DNA from: Pseudomonadota bacterium
Lineage (GTDB): Bacteria; Pseudomonadota; Alphaproteobacteria; RF32; CAG-239
Direction of reading: 5' to 3'
Length of the DNA stretch: 64,000 nucleotides
NCBI GenBank assembly: GCA_918234285.1
Contig: CAKJXZ020000003.1
Location: forward strand, 70,933 to 134,932
Shown here: positions 33,764-41,752 of the stretch, one piece after another
How the letters are laid out: each line of letters begins with the position of its first letter
Numbering within the stretch: the first letter of the stretch is position 1
Translations under genes and position numbers: made by a program
Notes under the pieces: generated by a model
What the model saw: only the letters and a program-made list of their open reading frames with translations
Told to the model about the DNA's origin: nothing
Databases searched by the model: none

Positions 33764-34300
33764 TTATTTCAGAGTATTTGAAACAGAAACGTCGACAATG
33801 GCACGTCCGCTCAAAATATTGCGTCCGATCAATCCCTGATATTCAAAATCGTGCCGTTCGTTAAGCGTAAACTCGGCCGAAAACGTTTCCTTTCCCATTC
33901 TGACATCCATATTTACCGTAACGCGATGTTCTTCTTCGCCGGTACGTTTAATTTTAACCCGACGCGACAGCGGTTTTTCAAAATCGGCCTTTTCTTTGGT
34001 TTCGCGGTTCACGAGAGTAAACGAAACCCATCTTTGCCCGTCACGTTCAAAGCGTTTTATATTATCCGCATCAATCGATGAGGTAGTGGCACCGGTATCA
34101 ACACGCGCCATAAACGGTGACTTCATCGGCAAAAAATAAATACGTTCAACCGCGCCTATTACATTATTCGGCAGAACTTTCACCACCTTCTCCGGTTGCG
34201 CCGTAGTCGGCACAATCCCCGGAACCACCGCTTCTTCTTTTTTCGCGGCGCATGCCGTCAGCAACATCAAACAACATAAACCACTTAAAATTATTCGCAT
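33764..34300 (-). CDS. retropepsin-like aspartic protease (DUF785/RimB-like), predicted lipoprotein form
   Basis: MRIILSGLCCLMLLTAC lipobox, then IGAVERIYFLPM...ARVDTGATTSSIDA...LIGRNILSGRAIVDVS. It is a paralog of 33250..33753. Confidence 0.8.
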   Translation of the reverse strand: MRIILSGLCCLMLLTACAAKKEEAVVPGIVPTTAQPEKVVKVLPNNVIGAVERIYFLPMKSPFMARVDTGATTSSIDADNIKRFERDGQRWVSFTLVNRETKEKADFEKPLSRRVKIKRTGEEEHRVTVNMDVRMGKETFSAEFTLNERHDFEYQGLIGRNILSGRAIVDVSVSNTLK

Positions 34301-34435
34301 TTTTACCTCGATATTCTTTGATTTTTTATGATAATCATCCTTTTTTCGCCCAATGTAAAACAAAAAAATCAAAAAATACCGACTTATACACATAAGTCGG
34401 TTGATAAGATAAAGGGTTTTTCAGAATGCGCAAAT

Positions 34436-34622
34436 AAAGAAAAGTGTTGTTAAAACAACTGAACGTCATTCTAAGGCATAGCCGAAGAATCCAATCGTTT
34501 TGCAAGAAACGATGTGATGTGTCGCATCACTGGATACTTTCACTTCACTGACGTCCTGTATCAGTATGATGATAAAACAATGTGTTATACAACACAAAAA
34601 ACAACACTTTTTTACTTAAGCC
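34436..34622. repeat. family-B structured element (copy 2)
   Basis: Same termini (AAAGAAAAGTGTTGTT ... AACAACACTTTTTT..TTAAGCC) and framework helices as 29774..29957, but with different internal hairpins. It ends 2 nt from the porin stop codon. Confidence 0.75.
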
Positions 34623-34624
34623 TT

Positions 34625-35767
34625 TCAGAAAAACAAACTTAACCTGAGTGATGTAACCGTAGCGTAATCCGATTTGGTATTAAGCGTAGGATGAATATAA
34701 AATTGAATATCCGGTGTTATCGTCGCCCATTTTGATATACCCCATGCCCAATAAGCTTCCAAAACGTGCTCACCACTTTCTTCAAGCGGAGCTCCCACCG
34801 CCGTCGCGTCAATGTCATTATATGCATACGCCGCACCTATTTGATCAAGTGCATTACGATTAAGCGGATTATTATAAACCATTCCTCCCACATACGAATT
34901 TTTAATGGTGGCGACATTACCGCTCACTCCGTTTATGCGCCCGAACAACGCCCATTTTTCGCCGATGTTTTGTTGCATATTCAAAGACCAACCGGTGGTA
35001 GACTGCGGTTGCTCACGCACATATGGCTGATTATAAATCATTATAGAATATTGCCCGTCACCCCAACCGTTGATATGCGGATTATAGCCGATTTGCCCGA
35101 AGGTAGTATAATGTCCGTCGTGCAGACGATTAAAGCGCACACTTACCGCCGAAACATTGCTGGCATCCTGGGCACCGGCAACAAACAACCAATTTCCGTA
35201 CGTTGCCTGCATATAAGCACCGACACCGGCGTCGGTATAAGTGGCACTGCCGTTTTGCGCCAGCGAATAATTAATGAAATTAACTTGCGGATTATTGTCA
35301 TAATCGGTACCGTCAAAAGCGTACAAAGTATATTGTCCCAACCCCAAAGTCAGCCAATTATATTGCCGCGGCAACTGATATGTATAATACAGCGTTGAAA
35401 ATTCCTGCTCCTCGTCATCGGCATCGTTAATCGGAGTTGCCACACCGATACGATTTTCGATATCATTGGCATCATGGCGACCGTAGAATACGCTGGTATA
35501 AGATGCATTCAAAATACCGGTACCGTAATTATTATCAAAAGTAGTCCAAGCAATACTCGGAGCCAAATACGATTGCACCGCATTATAATGCCCGCTCGGA
35601 GCACCGCGTTGCGGCATAAGCGAATAATTGAGATTATATTGCAAGCCGTATTCTTTTTGCAGATAATTTTTGAAGGCGGTATAATCGGCACTCAAACCCC
35701 CGGCCTCGGCAACCGACATTACTCCGAGAGCTCCGCACAACGTCCCGATAAACAAACTTTTTGACAT
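34625..35767 (-). CDS. OprB-family carbohydrate-selective porin-like outer-membrane protein
   Basis: Signal peptide MSKSLFIGTLCGALGVMSVAEA. The segment ...EAYWAWGISKWATITPDIQFYIHP... fits the OprB pattern. The C-terminus ends in FF. Confidence 0.75.
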   Translation of the reverse strand: MSKSLFIGTLCGALGVMSVAEAGGLSADYTAFKNYLQKEYGLQYNLNYSLMPQRGAPSGHYNAVQSYLAPSIAWTTFDNNYGTGILNASYTSVFYGRHDANDIENRIGVATPINDADDEEQEFSTLYYTYQLPRQYNWLTLGLGQYTLYAFDGTDYDNNPQVNFINYSLAQNGSATYTDAGVGAYMQATYGNWLFVAGAQDASNVSAVSVRFNRLHDGHYTTFGQIGYNPHINGWGDGQYSIMIYNQPYVREQPQSTTGWSLNMQQNIGEKWALFGRINGVSGNVATIKNSYVGGMVYNNPLNRNALDQIGAAYAYNDIDATAVGAPLEESGEHVLEAYWAWGISKWATITPDIQFYIHPTLNTKSDYATVTSLRLSLFF

Positions 35768-35819
35768 TTTATATCTCCTTAATGCTATAAACACTCGGGA
35801 GATATATGCCTTATTTTGA

Positions 35820-35845
35820 TAAAAAAAAGAGGCCGCAGCCTCTTA
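35820..35845 (-). terminator. terminator after gcrA
   Basis: On the minus strand, AAGAGGC-TGC-GGCCTCTT followed by a T8 run. Confidence 0.65.
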
Positions 35846-35855
35846 ATTTGAAATT

Positions 35856-36278
35856 TTATTTTCGCAACGCCTTGACATAGGCCTGCATGGAATGTTCATC
35901 GCAATAAGTTTGTCCGCTCCGCACTTTTTTACCGCAAAAGCAGAAATCATCATCACGCGGATCGCCAATCGGCCATCTGCAAGTATGACTATCCAAATCT
36001 ACCAACTTTATATTGGTCAGTTCTTCGTTTTTGCGCGGTTCAACAACTTCTTCCACCGATTTTTCTTCTATTTTTTCGATTAAATCAGGTTGCAGAGGCA
36101 ATTCATCGGCTGCGTCTTTGCTCTTAATCGGTGAAGGTCTGGCCGTCAAGCACAAACGATGTACCTTGCCGACAATGGCATTTTTGGTAACACCCAATTT
36201 CTTGGCAATTTCATTTGCCGTCAAACCCTGCGCCCACAACTGACGCAATTTTTCCACGCTTTCGTCTGTCCATCCCAT
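35856..36278 (-). CDS. gcrA: cell-cycle transcriptional regulator GcrA
   Basis: MGWTDESVEKLRQLWAQGLTANEIAKKLGVTKNAIVGKVHRL and the C-terminal CRWPIGDP...FCFCG....YCDEH are canonical for GcrA. Confidence 0.9.
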   Translation of the reverse strand: MGWTDESVEKLRQLWAQGLTANEIAKKLGVTKNAIVGKVHRLCLTARPSPIKSKDAADELPLQPDLIEKIEEKSVEEVVEPRKNEELTNIKLVDLDSHTCRWPIGDPRDDDFCFCGKKVRSGQTYCDEHSMQAYVKALRK

Positions 36279-36403
36279 AATAAAAACTCCCCAAAATATT
36301 TAACGTTGTTATAGCTGATTATTTTGCCGCTGTCCAGACTAAATTTTATTCTTTATTAATTTTTTTTAAATATAATTGCATCGACTGTTTTGAGGAGTGC
36401 AAA

Positions 36404-37648
36404 ATGAAAATATTTTACTTTATTCTGGCGTTGCTCATTTGCGCACCGGCGTACGCGCAATACAAAGAATACAATCATTTGTACGAATATAATTTGGATG
36501 AAGAAATTCCGCCGCTGTATCGTTTGGAACGGGAATATAAAAAATCTCATTCCAAATACCGTTGGAATTACGACTTCCGCTGGAATATGTCCAGTCTTTT
36601 CAATTCGGAATTCAAACAAAATATTACCTCTTTCGGCACCAACGAAAAACGCCTATCCAATGCCGATGAAGATGCCATTTTGCGCCAACTCAAAAAAATA
36701 CCGAAACCGTTTTATCAATATATCGGACCACTTATTCATACCATGCGCGGTCTTTCCGGCAAGGTACTCGATTTACCGGGGATTAAGGAAACAAAGCATC
36801 AGTTTCCGACACACATCGCTTCGCGTTTCAAAGACGTTCCGTATATTGAGCTGACCTCGCCGCATTTATATATGTATCTCAATCCGGTTTTGTGGGGAGA
36901 AGACATGGCTTCGATTGAAACGCCGCAAATAGCCAAACAACCGCGCAAAAAACGTCCGCGCGTACGCATTAATCCTGAATTTATGCAAAAAATCAAGGCC
37001 AAAGTGCAGGCCGTTAATTATACTCGCAGAGGCCGCGCCAAAACTGCCGAGCTTGATTTAAGGCATTTCAATCCCGATCGTAACACCCCTCTGTCTAAGG
37101 CCGATGTGCGCGCTTTTGCTCGCACTCTTGACGGATTGGATAACTTCCGCAAAGAAGGTCAACACGAAAGAACTTTAATTATGGTCGAAAGTCTAATGAA
37201 TTATTGGGATGTCAAAAACGGAATCCCGGAAGAAAGTTTGTTGTTCCGACAAATAGTGAATCCTTGCCAGAATTTTGTGCGTAAAATTCAATGGAGCGGC
37301 CTGCAAAGCGAATTCCAAACCGTTATCGGTCAACAAGGGTTTGGCCTGAAAGATTGGGCTTATACCTGTGATAAGGTTGTTAAAGCATGGCGCGTACACA
37401 ACGCCCCGTCTGGTATGATTTGGGCAGCAAAACAACAAAAAAAGGGTGCGGTTTATCCGCTGTTTGAGCCGTTTTTGGTCACACAGCAGGAAAAAACACA
37501 AATGCATTATATTTTAGATTCTTTGGCACGAATGTATACCACCAGAGCAGAAGATATAGATGCCGTAAAGCCTTATAACACCAACCTGAAATACCAGTTT
37601 ATAAAAATGGGTCGACAACTCGCCGGCACCCCGATTATCCGCCAATAG
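36404..37648 (+). CDS. hypothetical secreted protein
   Basis: GAGGAG RBS and signal peptide MKIFYFILALLICAPAYAQ. No family recognised. Confidence 0.65.
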   Translation: MKIFYFILALLICAPAYAQYKEYNHLYEYNLDEEIPPLYRLEREYKKSHSKYRWNYDFRWNMSSLFNSEFKQNITSFGTNEKRLSNADEDAILRQLKKIPKPFYQYIGPLIHTMRGLSGKVLDLPGIKETKHQFPTHIASRFKDVPYIELTSPHLYMYLNPVLWGEDMASIETPQIAKQPRKKRPRVRINPEFMQKIKAKVQAVNYTRRGRAKTAELDLRHFNPDRNTPLSKADVRAFARTLDGLDNFRKEGQHERTLIMVESLMNYWDVKNGIPEESLLFRQIVNPCQNFVRKIQWSGLQSEFQTVIGQQGFGLKDWAYTCDKVVKAWRVHNAPSGMIWAAKQQKKGAVYPLFEPFLVTQQEKTQMHYILDSLARMYTTRAEDIDAVKPYNTNLKYQFIKMGRQLAGTPIIRQ

Positions 37649-37667
37649 AAAAAGCATAAAATAATAG

Positions 37668-37899
37668 CAGCTAAAAATCCGGAGAATGCGGTACGTGGCA
37701 CGATACACAATCAATATTGCAGCTAAAAATCCGGAGAATGAGCCAGATACGAAGAAGGATTTTTTCGCCGTGTACAATAAATTATACGGCAAATAAAAAC
37801 TCGAAGAATTAGGTTAATACGAAGGGGATTTTTTTCGACGTGTACACAAACAGTACACGAGAAAAAAATCCCCAAGTAGTAACCAATTATACGAGTTTT
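37668..37899. repeat. family-A repeat array: two partial copies plus one full copy (37794..37899)
   Basis: GCAGCTAAAAATCCGGAGAATG occurs twice. The full copy runs AAAAACTCGAAGAATTAGGTTAATACGAAGGGGATTTTTTTCGACGTGTACACAAACAGTACACGAGAAAAAAATCCCCAAGTAGTAACCAATTATACGAGTTTTT and abuts the fabG stop. Confidence 0.8.
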
Positions 37900-38636
37900 T
37901 AAATCATGGCCATACCGCCGTTAACATGAATAGTCTGTCCCGTAATGTATTGTGCTTCATCGGATGCGAGGAAGGCTACGACGTTGGCGATGTCTTGAGC
38001 TTCGCCGAGTTTACCTTCCGGAATTTTCGCCAGCAGAGCAGCTTTAACATCATCGGTCAGAACATCGGTCATCGGAGTACGGATGAAACCAGGAGCGATG
38101 GAGTTAACGGTAACACCGCGTGAGCCAACTTCTTGCGCCAGACATTTATTCATGGCAATCATACCGGCCTTTGAGGCAGAATAGTTGGCCTGACCGGCAT
38201 TACCCATCACACCCACGACAGAAGCCATACCGATGATGCGGCCATAACGACGCTTCATCATACCGCGAACCACGGCACGCGCCAGTTTGAACCCGGCAGA
38301 AAGGTTAACATCCATAACGAGTTGCCATTCTTCGTCGCTCATACGAATAAAGAGGTTATCGCGAGTTAAACCGGCATTGTTGACCAGAATATCGATTTTG
38401 CCGAATTTCTCTTCCACATCGTTCACCAAAGTTTTAATTGCTTCGGTATCGCCCAAATTGGCAACAAAATATTCGACATGATCACCGAGTTCGGCCTTCA
38501 GAGCCTTTAAACCTTCTTCGTTTCTGTCGGTCAAGGCCAAATAAGCTCCCTGTTCATATAAAGTATGTGCGATTTTGCGACCGATACCGCCGGCGGCACC
38601 GGTAATCAAAGCAACTTTTTCATCTAATCTAAACAT
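37899..38636 (-). CDS. fabG: 3-oxoacyl-[ACP] reductase
   Basis: TGAAGGIG Rossmann motif, the YSASKAG catalytic motif, and a FabG-like sequence throughout. Confidence 0.93.
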   Translation of the reverse strand: MFRLDEKVALITGAAGGIGRKIAHTLYEQGAYLALTDRNEEGLKALKAELGDHVEYFVANLGDTEAIKTLVNDVEEKFGKIDILVNNAGLTRDNLFIRMSDEEWQLVMDVNLSAGFKLARAVVRGMMKRRYGRIIGMASVVGVMGNAGQANYSASKAGMIAMNKCLAQEVGSRGVTVNSIAPGFIRTPMTDVLTDDVKAALLAKIPEGKLGEAQDIANVVAFLASDEAQYITGQTIHVNGGMAMI

Positions 38637-38662
38637 ATTATTTTCCTTTCATGTTTAAGGTG

Positions 38663-39607
38663 TTATAAATTGTTTGCCAATTCCTCTATTTCGGCGATGG
38701 AACCTACCGAAACCGCATTCATTTCCTTATTACTGCGTTTGGCAATTCCGGAGAGGACTTTTCCTGCTCCCAGTTCTATTAAATCAGTAACGCCGTTTTC
38801 TTTAAAAAACAGCATGGTTTCCCGCCATCTGACGGTGCCGGTAACCTGTTCTATCAAGTGTTTGATAATTTCTTTATGATCGGTAATCGGCTCGGCCAAC
38901 ACATTTGCCACCAACGGAATCTGGGCATTTTGCGCCGCTACTTCCATAAAAGCACGCGCCATAACATCGGCGGCCGGTGCCATAAACGGGCTGTGGAACG
39001 GCGCACTCACCGCCAGTTTCACACATTTGCGCGCACCAAATTCCGCCGCAATTTCCACTGCGCGATCAATCGCGGCCATTGAGCCGGATAAAACTACCTG
39101 TCCGTCAGAATTATCATTGGCGGCCACACAAACATCCTTGCCGTTTGAACAAGCCTCGACCAAAGCGCCCACATCTTGGAACGAAAGTCCCAAAACCGCA
39201 GCCATACCGCCCACACCGAACGGCACTGCGCTTTGCATAGCTTCGCCGCGCAGACGCAACAATTTAGCCGTATCGCTCAAACTAAACACACCGGCGGCAC
39301 AAGCGGCAGAATATTCTCCGAGCGAATGTCCGGCAACATAAGCGGCCTTATCTTTTAAGACAATACCGAAATCTTTTTCCAAAACCCGCACCACCGCAAG
39401 CGAAAACGCCATCAGTGCCGGTTGCGTGTTGGCCGTCATGGTCAACTCGGCATCCGGACCTTCGGTCATAATCTTAAACAAATCTTGCGAAAGCGCATCA
39501 TTAACTTCATTAAACACATCACGAGCCGAAGCAAAATTTTCGGCCAATTCTTTTCCCATTCCCACAAATTGGGAGCCTTGTCCCGGAAATACAAAAGCGT
39601 ACTTCAT
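38663..39607 (-). CDS. fabD: malonyl-CoA:ACP transacylase
   Basis: FVFPGQGSQ..GMG and GHSLGEYSA motifs. Confidence 0.93.
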   Translation of the reverse strand: MKYAFVFPGQGSQFVGMGKELAENFASARDVFNEVNDALSQDLFKIMTEGPDAELTMTANTQPALMAFSLAVVRVLEKDFGIVLKDKAAYVAGHSLGEYSAACAAGVFSLSDTAKLLRLRGEAMQSAVPFGVGGMAAVLGLSFQDVGALVEACSNGKDVCVAANDNSDGQVVLSGSMAAIDRAVEIAAEFGARKCVKLAVSAPFHSPFMAPAADVMARAFMEVAAQNAQIPLVANVLAEPITDHKEIIKHLIEQVTGTVRWRETMLFFKENGVTDLIELGAGKVLSGIAKRSNKEMNAVSVGSIAEIEELANNL

Positions 39608-39693
39608 TAAATTCCTTTCAATAAATATCTAGTGAATGTATATAACCGGTATTTTAAATGTCAAGCAAAACGCCTTTGATTTTAACAAAATAC

Positions 39694-39721
39694 AAAAAAA
39701 CCGGTGCAATATTTACACCGG
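39694..39721 (-). terminator. terminator after the ftsK-orphan operon
   Basis: On the minus strand, CCGGTG-TAAATATTG-CACCGG followed by a T7 run. Confidence 0.7.
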
Positions 39722-39745
39722 TAATCTGGTATTGCCATAATCAGC

Positions 39746-40924
39746 TTAATCGCGTGTGCGAGATTTATCTTGCGGAACCTTATTATCCTTGCCGGTCCAT
39801 TGAGCGATAGCATCGTCAATCGCTTCTTTCCACTGTGATCTCGGATTGTTTTTAACCATTTCGGCTTTTTTGACGGCATAATCCAATAACTTGGCATTGT
39901 TCGGATTTTTTTCCAAAAGCTTAGAGAAAACTTCTTTGACGGTGTAACCGTTATTCCAATCTGCGGCCATATCGGCGCTGAAAGGATCGCGCAAAATTTG
40001 CATGGCGATTTCTTCATTATTCGGATTAGCCTCCAATATGGCGGAATATACGTCAACCTTAGCGCTGTTCCAAGCCCCGTAAGTCATTTGAATCAGGCGA
40101 TCACAAACATCTTTTTTCTTCAAATCACAAGTGAGAGCCAACAGCTTACTACGGTAAGTATTGGTTGTGCTTTCATCTTCGAAGCTGGTATTTTCCGCAT
40201 CCCTGCGAATTTTATCGAGAACTTCCGGCATATCTTGATTGGCTCGGGCAATACTGGTAAGAATGCCATGATGTCCTATCCACCATCTGACTTTGTTGGC
40301 TTGAGCAAACGCCATATCTATAACCTGTTGGTTGCCCGGATTGGCCTCGGTAATGACACTGGTCCACGTTGTGCGCACCGAATCCGATATATAATCAAAA
40401 TTATGCATAATTTGGCAGGCACGGCTGGCAACCGCTTTATCATTTTTGCAATGCTTGATAATATCAAGTATGGCATCGTGGCCATCGGTAATATCTAAGT
40501 ATTGCCAAGCTTTGGATTCTTTCTTATTCATTCCGTCCATGTTCGGAAATTCGCGACTATTGGCAGTCATGGCCACCATCATATCCATCATTGCATCCTT
40601 ATCATCGGGATTGTGAATCAATAAAACAGCCGCACGCAAACCGCGGTCACCTAAGCTGTTGGCGGCATTTACGCAAATATCGATGATACCCTTATCTTCC
40701 GGACAGGCTTTGGCAATCCCCGGTATAACATTTAACATGATACAACCGTCACCTTCTTGATTTGAGCGTGCGATACCGGCCCGCAACAAATCACGCGCGT
40801 AGATACGTTTCTTTTCCTGCGGTGCTTCCTTTATGATATTCATCACAACTTTTTCGGCATTAACGTAGATATCCGGACTTCTTCTGCTTAATGCTTCTTC
40901 AAATTTATCTGCGGCTGCTCCCAT
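39746..40924 (-). CDS. hypothetical cytoplasmic helical-repeat protein (392 aa)
   Basis: Recurrent (E)ANPxNxx(V/I)xxxx helices (ANPGNQQVIDMAF, ANPNNEEIAMQIL, KNPNNAKLLDYAV). No signal peptide and no family recognised. Confidence 0.65.
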   Translation of the reverse strand: MGAAADKFEEALSRRSPDIYVNAEKVVMNIIKEAPQEKKRIYARDLLRAGIARSNQEGDGCIMLNVIPGIAKACPEDKGIIDICVNAANSLGDRGLRAAVLLIHNPDDKDAMMDMMVAMTANSREFPNMDGMNKKESKAWQYLDITDGHDAILDIIKHCKNDKAVASRACQIMHNFDYISDSVRTTWTSVITEANPGNQQVIDMAFAQANKVRWWIGHHGILTSIARANQDMPEVLDKIRRDAENTSFEDESTTNTYRSKLLALTCDLKKKDVCDRLIQMTYGAWNSAKVDVYSAILEANPNNEEIAMQILRDPFSADMAADWNNGYTVKEVFSKLLEKNPNNAKLLDYAVKKAEMVKNNPRSQWKEAIDDAIAQWTGKDNKVPQDKSRTRD

Positions 40925-40965
40925 TTTTGTTCTCCGATATAATTATGCGATTGAGTTCCTACGAA

Positions 40966-41601
40966 TTATTCTTTACCGGCGTCGGTCTTCTTTTTCAAAT
41001 TTTTTACCACAAAATCAAGTGTGGTCGGTTTGCGGCCGACCCTGCTCTTGCGATATTCGCCGATTTCCTTTTGTGTGGTTTTTTCAGCTTTTTTTCTGGC
41101 GCGAAGCTCGTCTATCTTATGTTGCTTCCATGCCTTATCTATGTCTTCTTCCTTATCTTCACGCAAAGACTGTTCAGCGGTCCTTTCATCATAGTGATAT
41201 TGCGCATTTTTTTCTAAATATTCTCTTGTTTGGTCAATAAATCTTTTTAATTGAGGGTATTTTTCTTCCAAACCGAAAAGACCGAATTCGCTTTCTACTG
41301 TATTTTGTAATTTGGTGTCTGAGCCATATAAATTACAAAACTTTTCACCTTCGGTACAAAGAACTTGGACTGTTTCAAAAGATTGTTCAATAATGCTGTA
41401 GTTGTTCGCATTATTACCCACAATTTGTTCAATCCAAAATATTTCATGAAATTTTTGGTTTCCGCTGGTAACTGCGGCCTTATCGCGTAGGACTTCCAAG
41501 GTACGCAGAATTTTTTCGGTGTCTTTACTTTCCGACAGTTTTTCCAATTCTTTATTTAATATTCCGTCTTCGTCTATAATGAATTTATTGCGTACGGTCA
41601 T
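40966..41601 (-). CDS. hypothetical protein (211 aa) with a highly charged C-terminus
   Basis: A clean ORF co-oriented between ftsK and 39746..40924. No family recognised. Confidence 0.6.
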   Translation of the reverse strand: MTVRNKFIIDEDGILNKELEKLSESKDTEKILRTLEVLRDKAAVTSGNQKFHEIFWIEQIVGNNANNYSIIEQSFETVQVLCTEGEKFCNLYGSDTKLQNTVESEFGLFGLEEKYPQLKRFIDQTREYLEKNAQYHYDERTAEQSLREDKEEDIDKAWKQHKIDELRARKKAEKTTQKEIGEYRKSRVGRKPTTLDFVVKNLKKKTDAGKE

Positions 41602-41752
41602 TTTGTACTCCTTGTTATAGTCGCTTATTGCCTTATTCTATGTCATCCGGTGTTTTTTGTCAAGTTATTTTTACACGGAAATACTCGGGCAAAACGGAAA
41701 CTCTCGGTGTTTTGCGAGTCCGCCAATAGCAGATATAAAACAAAGCCGTAAA

